Below, one piece after another: positions 27,101-37,600 of a DNA stretch of 64,000 bases. The notes under the pieces are model-generated. The model had not been told where the DNA came from, ran no database searches, and worked only from the letters and a program-made list of their open reading frames with translations. A program made the translations under genes and the position numbers. The stretch covers positions 13,390,581 through 13,454,580 of the forward strand of contig NC_068988.1 of assembly GCF_001194135.2 (NCBI RefSeq), read 5' to 3'. Source of the DNA: Octopus bimaculoides. Lineage: Eukaryota. How positions within the stretch are numbered: the stretch's first letter is position 1; each line of letters starts with the position of its first letter.

Positions 27101-30100
27101 GGGTTAGGAGTGTCTGCTACCTGCTGTCGCTGACTAACACCCTTTCCCTCTTACTTTCTACTACCTGCTGGCGCTGACTAATGCCCTTTCCCTCTTTCTT
27201 TACGGAAATTGCCGAATTGATGTAAATAAAGACATGTTGACCAGCTGACAGCCAGTTGACAACCAGCATACTACTATCGAATGATCGCCTGTTTTTCTGT
27301 CGTATAAATTGGTTTTCAATTTCGTTTTTCTTCCCCTTAAAACAAAATTCATTCTCATTTCAGGCTGGATTAGCTTCTGGTGCTGCTGGACAAAAAGGCT
27401 TTGATTTGTCAAGTATAGTTAACAATCCAGCACTTATGAACATGGTCAGTTGATGTAATGTTTTTTCTTATATGAAAATGTCAAATATTAAGACCTAGGC
27501 ACAGGTGCGGCTGTATGGTTAAGAATTTTGTTTCACAAGCGCATAGTTTTAGGTTCAATCTCTTGTGTCACTTTGGCAAGTGTCTTCTACTATAGTGTCC
27601 GGTTGATCAATATTGTGTGAGTGAAATATGGTAACTAGCAACAGTGTGAAAGCCCTTTGTGTGTGTGTGTATGCATGCACATGTATCTGTGTTTGTTCTA
27701 GTACTGCTTGGGATGCTGTGGCATTTATGTTTCCTCATAAAAATTTTTTAAATCTTGGTATAAAGTGTTAGGAAGGGCTCAGACCATAGTCAACTACCTC
27801 GAGAACTCTCATTGAGCCCAGTCTAGCATGGGAACAAAAAGCAAATATAGAAATTAAATGATTGCATGAATAGCTCTCTTGTTATTTTGTATGGAATTAA
27901 TCTGTTTATTTCTTTTGTTTTCCTTCAGTTAAACTCCAATGCTTTGTGATAGTTTTTCATATTCTGTTGATTACATTAATCACTTAGACGATGTTGACTA
28001 TGCAAACCTGACATTTATTATAAATCTTGCCTTTATATATAAAGGCACAGGTTTGAATGTGTGGTAAAGAAGTTTGCTTTTCAACCACATAGTTTTGGGT
28101 TCAGTCTTACTGTATGGCACTGTAGGCAATATTGCTCTTGGCTCACCAAAGCCTTGTGAGTATATTTGGTAGACAGAAACTGAAAAAAGCCCATTGTGTG
28201 TATGTTTGTGTTTCCTTGTCTTGACATTGTGAGGTTGTTGTAAATGAATATCATTCATTTCCAGTATTCTGTGAAAACATGTCTGGCCTTGAGGAAATAT
28301 TACTTTGCTTGGAAATGGCTAAGGGTTTGACAACAAGAATGGCATCTGGCTGTAGAAATTCTGCTTCTATAAACTTCAGCTGACGCATGTAAGCCCAGAA
28401 AGATGGATGTTGACATGATAATGTTGGTAAAGACCCTCCCTTTGGCTATGAATGACCATGGGATTGCACCATGAAAGTTCACCTTTGCACAAGTCTGGTC
28501 AAGGTTGTATATGGAAGACCAGCAGTTGCCCATGCATGCCAGCCTCCCCTCTCCATGCCACTGATGTTATTCAAGGAAAAGGCAAAGGCCGATACATTTT
28601 GGCACCATTGATGTCACAACTCATTTTTTCAGCTGAGTAATCTGGAGCAATGCAAAATAAAGTCTTGCTCAAGGACACAACACACACCCAATTCCAGGAA
28701 CCGAATTCAAGCCTGACACTCTAACCACTGAACCACATATAATTAATCAGCATTATGGTTTTGAATTAATTCACAAGCAAAATTAAACAGCACTATGAAA
28801 TTATTAGTGTTTAAAGGGTAAATAGTTATATATCATCTGATTGTAATCACAAAAACAGCAAAATAATGATTGGTACTGAGAAGTAAAAAAACAGCAGCTA
28901 ATAGTAAAGATAATGTAGAACAAAAAATGAAATGACATGAAGTATTAAATAACTTTGTTGAAAGTTTTTGCTGTTATGTCCAAATCAAAAAATCTACTGT
29001 TTTGATAAAAGGTTTAACTAATATAAATGGGAGAGTACATTTTGATTCTGATATTAGAAACTGAAAAACAAACAAGTCAATGATCTTTTGACGGTTTTTA
29101 ATTTTGTATTCCTGGGAATATGAGACTGATATATATATATATATGTATGTATATATATATATATATATTTTTTTTTTTCTCCATGCAAATATATGTATAA
29201 ATATTTGCATAATCTTAGCAAATCTTGGTATTTATTGGTCAAGCAAGTTGACTAAACTGTTTATTAAATTAAGCTTTTATTTGTGTTGTTGCTGTGGTTA
29301 GCTCCTGTCAGCCCTGATGGAGTAATCCTATGATCAAAGATGTTCCATCCGTAACTGTCCTATCTCTTTATATATCCAGGACTACATTGTCTTGTGTGTT
29401 CATTCGTTGTTTATTACAATTTAATTTTGTTCTTTTCATTCTGTTGCAGGCTGCTAACCTTATGTCAAATCCTCAAATGCAGTCCATGTAAGTTCTTTTC
29501 TATATATACAATTTAATTATTTAGATTTACAACAAAACTACTTTTTTGTAACAAAAATTAAATATACCCATTTTTAGATTAATACTAACTTGCCTGCACT
29601 TCTTTCCCTCTGGTTTTTATGGTATAAATTTGTTTTTAAGTGGAAAATAATTTAAATCCTTCCATCCTGTAAGAACCTTCTATGTTCCACATCTGTGCTT
29701 CATGATTAAAAATTCAGTTACTTTAAAAAAAATTCTTTCTAAGTTTTTATCATACAAAAAATTATGTGCAGGCATTGCTATAGTTAAGTATGGTTCATAA
29801 CCATGTGGTTTTTGATTGGCTCACATAGTGTGGCATCTTGGGCAAGTGTCTTCTATAACATCAGATTGAAGCAACTTAGGACCTTACTAAGGACACATGC
29901 TGTCCAATCCAGGAATCAAACCCACAGCCTTATGATCATGTGAACAACTCTTAAATGTTAAATCATGTAACTTCATGTAGTATTTTTGGCCAGAATAAAA
30001 GCCCAAGCCTTCTTGAAGTTGTATCCTGTATAGCCCATTATTTCCAAGTTATTAATTGAATTGGTGGTGTTATGAAGTATAGTAGTGTCATTTATAAGAA

Positions 30101-33100
30101 GTGGAATTGTAGTGAGATTCTTTACTTCTTGGAGGAAACAAATGTTGCCTAGTTTCTTACATGGTTTCTTAGTGAAGGAGATCCTGATACTGTGGAGAAG
30201 CAGAAACCTCTTAAATCTTTTAGTGGACAGTATTTGACATGTAAAAAAAAAAAGCAACAAAAAACATGTGGATAATTGTCATTAACAAGTGAATAGAAGT
30301 GAACAATGTAGGAAGGAAGTTATGGCACATATAAATAAAGTGCAGACTTGTGTAAAGAATGTCTATTCAATATAGTGTAGTAAGGAGAAGCAGTCATAAT
30401 AAAGGGGAAAAGATAATGGGTCTGATAATTTGATAATTGGTCAGACATGTGGAGATAGACACAAATGAAATATTTGAATTTGCAGATTTTATTCATTTGG
30501 TCAGTCCTGTCTCAAAATTATTGCTATTTCTGGCTGTAGCCACTTTGTCCTTATGTTATGGGGTACACTGTCTTAGGATTTAATGGTTCCCATTCTAAAG
30601 ATGATTGGATCATTTGGTGATGTGAAATGTATTGTAACTGGTTTGTCTTTCACGTTTGATAGATCTTTATTGAATATCTTATAATAGAATATTTTTCTTA
30701 TATCTAGGATGTCCAATCTTATGTCCTCAGCAGCTGGTGAAGGAAGCAATGGAGGCCTTACCTCTTTATTACAAGCGTTAGTATTTTTATTTGTATTTCC
30801 TATTTACAAAGTAGTCAACTGATATTCACTGCATCCAACTTTGTCCCCATCTCTAATCATCTGTCAACTATTTTTACTTCGGTCCACTTAGCTTCTCACT
30901 TGCCGTTTCTATTCCTCTATCCCTATTCTGTCTTTCATACTCACCTTGCACCTGGACCTCGCATCTCTCTTTTTCCAGATGAGAAAGTCATTAACTCACC
31001 ACTTTAGCAAGACACCTACTTCTGTCTCTCTATCATACTTTCATATCCTTCAATACTATATCCTACTTAGTTGAAGGTGTCTTGTCTTACACTGGTGAGG
31101 TCACCAGGTACATTTATGTGCTATGGAAATGAAAAGGCCCCAGTACACACTGAAGTGGCCAGCTTTAGGTAAGGTATCCAACTGTAGAAACCATGCCAAA
31201 GCAAACATTGGAGCTTGGCACAATCCTCTGGCTTGTCAGTTTATGTTGAACTGTCCAACCCATGCCAGAATGGTGGGGGAAAAGTCATTGAATGATGATG
31301 TGCCTTGGCATACTTATTCTGGCTCTCTGCACTCTGAATTTAAATCCTGTTGAGGTCAACTTTGCCTTTTGTTCTTCCAGGGTCAATAAAGCCTTAGTCC
31401 AGGGTGTTGTATTACCAGACAACATTACATCTAACAACTCTTATCCGTTTCAGCTCTGTGTTATGATGGTACTGGTGCCAGTTTGTATCAGCCCTTGCCA
31501 TTCCCTTGGGTAATACAGGTGGCAGACTGAGAGGAGGCTTGTACGTATGGGAAAACTGCAAGTCTTCCACTGAAATAAGAAGCCTATGCTTACATCTTGC
31601 AAAGCAACTTTACAGTTGCAATTCCATGGTCTCCTGAGATATAGAGGCTCCAATAGATTTACAATAGATTGGTTAAAAAGAAAAGGAAGCCTTAAATAAT
31701 CTCTTGCTTGATATATTATTTATGACACTAATTTTAGCCAGCCAGACCAGTTTTGTACCTGGAAAACATGGTAGTGGGTGCTGGGATTAAAAAGACAATT
31801 AGAAAACAGAAATCAGTTACTGTAATTGGAACAAGTACGTTAATTCATCTTTTGGGAGATAAATGAAATAAATAGCTTTAACAATCTTTGGTTAGTATTC
31901 ACATTCACTGTCTATTTTAAATTTTGATTATATTACTATAATCACACTCAAACAAATGTGTTTGCATGTGTGTGTGTGTGTATAAAATGTGCCAGATATA
32001 TTATAAATAGATGTTTACGGCTATGTAATTATATTTTCTTTTTTTTTTTATTGCCTAACCAATTGTTTTTCAAGTTTATCCATCTATTTAAACTGTAGTC
32101 ATTTTTCTGTGTGTGTGTGTGTAATTGACAGGATTTCAATGTATGAGAAGTATGGATGTCAGTATTTGGAGTCCATTGACAATAAAGCTTTTGTCATGTT
32201 TTATTATCATTCCCCTGCCAATGCTTGTTAATTTCAATCACTTTGTGTGTGTGTATATACATAAATTCCAAATGACAAATTTAGAAGCAACACAGCTATG
32301 TTTAATATTCCATGTTTAAAAAACAAAAAAAGTTTGCTATTTACTAAAATGAATGCAAAAGGTTATGTTTTACAATGTATTAAGCTATATTTAATACTTC
32401 GGTTGGGGTCCAGTGTTTCTGCTGGAGAAAGTAGTAATTTGCTGGAAGCATTTATGAACATTTAAGTCTGTTATTGATATTAATGAATGAATGACCATAG
32501 ACTCTTTATGGTGTCTATAGAAAATACCTTTTAGTGCATCATCTTTAAACTGATCTTTTTCCATTGGACTCTTTCTTTCAGAGGACAACAGCTTGCCACA
32601 CAGATGCAGCAACAGAATCCAGACTTAGTTGCACAGCTCCGCAGACAAGCTAACATTTTGAATGGAGAACAACAGACTAACTCTGGTTTGTGTTTCATTC
32701 ATATAAATTCCTTTGTAAATGATTAAAAATGTGATTTAGAAAAAAGAATAAAAAATCGGAATTTATCAGATGTAATAATCAAGGGAGACAACTGCATTTG
32801 AATTAAGATTTATAACTAGTTGGAAGGGACACAAGTATTTTAATTTTACTCTTTTACTTATTTCAGTCATTTGAATATGGCTATGTTGGAGTACCGCCTT
32901 TAGTCGAGCAAATCGTCCCCAGGACTTATTCTTTGTAAGCCTAGTACTTATTTTATCGGTCTTTTTTGCCGAACCGTTAAGTTACGGGGACGTAAACACA
33001 CCAGCATCGGTTGTCAAGCGATGTTGAGGGGGACAAACATATACACACACACATATATATATATACGACGGGCTTCTTTCGGTTTCCGTCGACCAAATCC

Positions 33101-33548
33101 ACTCACAAGGCTTTGGTCGGCCTGAGGCTATGGTAGAAGACGCTTGCCCAAGGTGCCATCCAGTGGGACTGAACCCGGAATCATGTGGTTGGTAAGCAAG
33201 CTACTTACCACACAGCCACTCCTATTTTAATTTGATAGCATATAAACCGCCCCCTATCCCCCCCAAGAAATCTCGAACAATCGTTCTAGGTCCTGTATGC
33301 GAAGTTTGACTTCTCATAACTTTTAATGCACTAAAAAAAGGTCTTTCCCAGATATTTGTTGCTGAAATTGGGGTGCTTGTAATATGCTTGTCTTTTATGC
33401 CATCAAGTATTGCTGTGTGGAAACTTTCTAGTTTTTAAATATGACTTTAAATTTAGACTTATTGATATGAAAGTATTAACAAAGATTGAATTGATCTGGA
33501 TATTTTTTTTTTCCTTTTATTGCAGAAGAAACTGATAACAAAGAGTGA
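10606..33548 (+). CDS. SGT (SGTA/SGTB): Small glutamine-rich TPR-containing protein (SGTA/SGTB co-chaperone ortholog), complete, 11 coding exons, 319 aa
   Basis: Exons 10606-10705, 14165-14283, 19713-19794, 20246-20345, 24801-24905, 25351-25489, 27364-27444, 29450-29487, 30708-30776, 32582-32685, 33526-33548. All introns are GT-AG with matching phases and the exons total 960 nt. The protein has the dimerisation domain ([18 protein letters not shown]), three TPRs ([13 protein letters not shown]; [14 protein letters not shown]; [13 protein letters not shown]; [11 protein letters not shown]) and the Q/M-rich C-terminus ([19 protein letters not shown]; [21 protein letters not shown]). Confidence 0.96.
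14588..15340 (-). mobile_element. RTE-clade LINE RT C-terminal remnant in an SGT intron
   Basis: ORF includes [10 protein letters not shown]...KRLGRA...[25 protein letters not shown]...QLSLFDHIA, a typical RTE ORF tail. Confidence 0.8.
16549..16895 (+). mobile_element. tRNA-derived SINE with CORE-like central segment, near full length
   Basis: A-box-like TGTGTGGTAAG, B-box-like GGTTCAGTCC, CORE-like CTTGGGCAAGTG, a (TG)n linker and the family 3' tail. Other copies lie at about 8715-8860(-), 20840-21240(+), 22700-22935(-), 23850-24175(-), 26744-26935(-), 27495-27700(+), 28045-28420(+), 36985-37320(-), 39400-39830(-), 44140-44290(+), 44395-44540(-), 51020-51750(+), 55670-55830(+). Confidence 0.85.
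17150..19170 (-). mobile_element. Highly decayed retroelement remnants, possibly Penelope-like, interrupted by an RTE 3' end
   Basis: Purine-skewed, stop-ridden frames with only faint RT/GIY-YIG-like words. Similar tracts occur at about 15980-16340, 56680-57500 and 58600-58990. The family assignment is tentative. Confidence 0.3.
19196..19548 (-). mobile_element. RTE LINE C-terminal fragment plus a separate RTE 3'-end copy
   Basis: Minus frame [15 protein letters not shown]...GRGEPKT. 19474-19548 is the reverse complement of the ...GGACGTTAAACGATGATGATG 3' end. Confidence 0.7.
21304..22603 (-). mobile_element. 5'-truncated RTE LINE (RT core plus 3' UTR) split by an N gap
   Basis: 22280-22603 encodes [18 protein letters not shown]...[10 protein letters not shown]...[10 protein letters not shown] (RT YADD motif). 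21304-21607 is the (GAT)n-tailed 3' end. Joining the two parts across the gap is inferred. Confidence 0.8.
25532..25720. mobile_element. TTAA-flanked piggyBac-like MITE
   Basis: TTAA|CCC...GGG|TTAA termini. A related copy is at 44770-44978 and a partial one near 35606-35705. Confidence 0.7.
26303..27289. mobile_element. 987-bp non-autonomous DNA transposon with 175-bp TIRs and 8-bp TSD, carrying a nested SINE fragment
   Basis: Arms 26303-26477 and 27115-27289 are reverse complements with about 8 transitions. TGTTTTTC is duplicated at 26295-26302 and 27290-27297. An internal ~45-bp tandem repeat lies at about 26950-27090. Confidence 0.9.
32846..33223 (-). mobile_element. Young full-length tRNA/CORE-type SINE in the last SGT intron
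   Basis: Complete head (AGGAGTGGCTGTGTGGTAAGTAG...GGGTTCAGTCCC), core, (TA)n/(TG)n linker and tail, with CpGs retained. Confidence 0.9.
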
Positions 33549-33705
33549 CATTCCAAGTGTAAAGAACACTGATGCTATGATGGTGTGTTGTCCATGTAAG
33601 ACTGGATGTGCACTGTTCAAATTGGCTACTACAAACCAAGCAGAAAGCCTATATATATGTATTTATATATATATATATAGCATTATAATAGAGGGACTTA
33701 TAACG

Positions 33706-33743
33706 AATAAATCTTTATATAAATAGGACTTATAATGAATAAA
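33706..33743 (+). terminator. Candidate proximal SGT poly(A) signals (two AATAAA in a 32-bp-period duplication)
   Basis: AATAAA at 33706-33711 and 33738-33743, about 160-190 nt after the stop codon. Confidence 0.5.
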
Positions 33744-34522
33744 TCTTTATAAAGAAGTAATGGCCAAATCTGTACAGAATTTTGTAGCAAATATTTCCTG
33801 TATTTCCATAGGAATGTTGTTATTCTATGCAATATCTCTATTGGTTGTACCTACAATGTACCATTGTCGTAATATCAACAGTATGACTGATCATATGCTA
33901 GACATTCATCAATCAAAAGAATTATAACTAACAAGCAAAAACTAGCTGGTGTGGAAGTGCAATGTGTTTTCTTTTTTCCTCTACAGTAATTTGGCTGTGA
34001 CCAAGCTGCAATTTGTAAGAAATTTTAGCTGGCCCCTTTAATTTTTTTTTCGTTATTCTAGCCATTTGCTGTAAGTCCTTTCAATATCCTTCCCATCTAC
34101 TTTTGATGTTTCATGTCAGTCATTGCACAAATTCACATTAGCATATGAACTTTTCCTCATCAAAACAGGATCCATCTGCTTTTTTTAGATAACATTGCTG
34201 CCTCCATCCACTTCATGATGTGATAAACTTTATATTTTATTCTTCCTAGACCTATTCTCTGTAGACATATCAGCCAAAGAACGGTTTTTGTCACCATCAT
34301 GAATGTGGCTGTTTGTAGACCTGCTCTCTGTAGATGTACCAGCCTGAGAAAGGTCTTAGCTAATCTTTCATCAGTTTTGAAAAGTATTTTGTTTATATTT
34401 ACTGCCCTCTCCCTTCACTACTCACACATACACACATAAATCCAAGCATTTTTAGTGAATTTAAAAAAAAAAAAAAAAACCCCACAAAACTGAAGTTCTT
34501 GGCATTTCTTTGTTGAAATTTC

Positions 34523-34536
34523 TTTATTATAATAAA
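34523..34536. terminator. Palindromic bidirectional poly(A) signal TTTATTATAATAAA between convergent SGT and TRAPPC13
   Basis: AATAAA on both strands, 96 nt past the TRAPPC13 stop. A GU/U-rich tract follows on the minus strand (reverse complement of 34463-34490). Confidence 0.6.
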
Positions 34537-34631
34537 TAACACAGATGTAATGAATCTAATTAAATTGTTTTATTTCAATAGTGCTACAATTTATTGGAGC
34601 AGAAATATTTAAATAATTTTCATTATGACCG

Positions 34632-37600
34632 TCATTCACAAACAAACACTTGAGCAATTTCATCATGTTCATATGTGCGCTTGAGGAAATTGTCAGTCAG
34701 TCGAAGGCCAGAAATTGTCTAAAAGCAAAATGAAGAAAACATCATTATTAGAGAAGTAATTGTATGTCAGCATATACTAATTACAATAATTGGAATATTA
34801 ACACACCTGTAGACCAGGAGATGTCGCTATGACAGTAAGCGGAAGGTCTAAGCTGTTGTTTTGTGGTAATTTTCCTAGCTGTTTACCAGACACTCCACAC
34901 CAAAGAACTCCAGGTGAGTTATGGTTTTGTAAAATTAGAGCAAGATCCACTGTGCGTTCACTGAAACAAAGATAAGATTGTGTAAAATAGCTGTGTGAAG
35001 TGGGTTAGAAAGTTTGCTTTTTATTTATCTCTAGTAATTGAGGAAAAAAAAATTAGTGTAAGGGTAATTACACAAGAATTTTATACAAAATATTGACCGA
35101 AGGTACATAACTCTGCCTAACCCATTTTGCATGATTTAGCGCCGAGTTTTATTACAACTTCATGGCTGATGTACTAGTTAAAGAAACAAGTTTAAAACTA
35201 CCCAGAAGAGTAGTATGAAAAGTAAATGTGGCTTTAATTAGACTGGGTAGGTGAACTTACCAGCAATTTGTTATTCGGAATGTTATAGTAAAAGTAGTTT
35301 CGATTGATACAGTATCCGGAATGGATTCCACAGTTAAACGGATATCTCCATAACCAGGAGCCTGAAATGAATTCGTACAAATCTCAGTTATAACAGACAA
35401 AGTAAAATCTTTATAGTTAAGTCTATCATTCACATTAATAATTATCTGACAAAATATTTTTTATTTAATCTTGTTGCTTTATATTTGATTTTTAATACCT
35501 ACCTTGATTCAATTATCAACTTCCAAATAGGTCAGAAATCAAACATGATGTGACCTTGTATTAATATTAAATTATTGCAAATACAATTCAAGTAAAAATA
35601 AAATTAAACCTTTTGATACCAACCTAATCTGAAACCTTCCATTAAAATTATATACTAAATGCAAGCATTGCTAAAGGCAGTGTATTTCAACAAATATGGT
35701 GGAGTTAATGGAAAAGCAGCTGTAAGGTTCCCTATTAACTTGAGGCTCTAAGTAGGAATGAAATATGAGAACAATGCTACTGTTAGTGTGTTTTTACGTT
35801 TGTGTGACAAGATCCTGAATTTTATAGACTGCAGTCAAGGAAGCTAATAACATTCTCTGTCTAAAACAGCATTTTACACTGGTCTTTGAAAGTGCAGAGC
35901 AATTATCGTAAATGTAAACATCATATCACTGTTTCACTTGGTGAGAAGCAAAACATGGAATGTCAACAGTAATGTGCATATGTACACACACGCACATATA
36001 TACATACAATAGGCTTCCATGCAGTTTCCATCTAATTCCACTTGAAGCATTGGTTGATGATGATACTGTATAGCAGGACTGGACCCTAAACCATGTGGTT
36101 GCAAAGCAAACGTCCTAACCATCATCCTCCCTGCTTGCTTTTTCTTATTTACAGTAAAGATACTTTATAAATTACTGAAGCTATATTTCGTAACAACAGT
36201 AGAACACAGACTTCAAAGCAATTTTATAACTTCGTCTAAAACACTGAACTGTGAGGGACAAGAATCTTAGAATAGTTTTATCATTTGAAACATGTTGCAA
36301 TTTACCTCCATCAAATCCTAAAGCAATGACCTGATATATTCTACAAATAAAGATTCAACATACCACTCTTTGCAGCTGACTGGTCTGTAGTCGGCCTCTC
36401 TCACCCATATTTGTGCGCCAGGTGATGTCCAGTTTGCCAATGTTAGTTACACCCTTTAAAACCTTACTTTCAAGATAGGCTTCTGGTTTCGGAGTTAAGC
36501 AGTACAAATATTGTCTAGTATCAAGGGAATTGAGGTAGTTGACTTTACCAAACACTGGATAAACCCTGAGAAATAAAAAGATACAAAAACAAGTTTAATA
36601 AGAGATTCAGTGGTTTTCGAAGCATGGAGTATTATTATTATTAATGTCAATTCCCCATAGCTGGAAAATGACATTTACGAGGGGTGTATGAGAAGTCTTG
36701 AGCCTCAAAAAAACAAAACATGTTACAAGACTTCTGAAGAAGGTACAAGACTTCAAGGCTCAAAACTTTTCATACAGCCCTCGTATTGTTCAGGGTGGTT
36801 GATAGATACTGATCAAAGTGTCAATCAAATACTTTATATTTCAATCTACATCTCTTGAAAATATACTGACTTAATAAATGTTACTTGAAACATGAGAATT
36901 TTCTGTCTACCAATTCCATTCAGGGCAGGGCTATAGCAGAAGCTCAAGATACTGCTTGGGAAGAGACCTGCCTACACCTACATATCTTTTATTAGTTTCA
37001 GTCATTAGACTGTGGCCATGAAGAATTTTTAGTCGAACGAATTGACACCAAAACTTTTTTTTCTTATAAAGCCTAGTACTTATGCTATTGGTCTCTTGCT
37101 GAACTACTAAGTTGCAGAGACATAAACACATCGACACCGGTTGTGAAATGGTGATGGGGGGGAAAAAATCACACACAATGGGCTTCTTCCAGTCACAAGG
37201 CTATGGTTGGCCTGGGGCAAGTAGAAGCTGCTTGCCAAAGGTGCTATGCAGTGGGACTAAACTCCGAACCATGTGGCTGGGAAGCAAACTTCTTACCACT
37301 CAGTCATGCCTCTGCCTATGTTGGGTTATCAAATAAACTTGATTTGTTTCTTTCCGATTTGACGCTCCATCATCATTATATGTCTGAAGAGGTACAATTT
37401 ATGCAAATTTCAAAAATGATAAAATTTGTAGATAGAAATATTTTTGGTGTTAATTCAAATAACATTGGAAAACATTAAAATAAAAAAAAACAAAGAAAAA
37501 AAACGAACAAGTTTATCTGACAAGTCAAATATAATAACTGAATGAAAGAATTAATCTCATGGATTAAAGCAGTGCTGGCAAGGTAGTTAGAGACAGGATA

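Noticed and set aside
26744-27700. Inverted SINEs flanking SGT exon 27364-27444 as a circRNA signal
   Set aside because: The two copies cover mostly different parts of the SINE, so complementarity is short.
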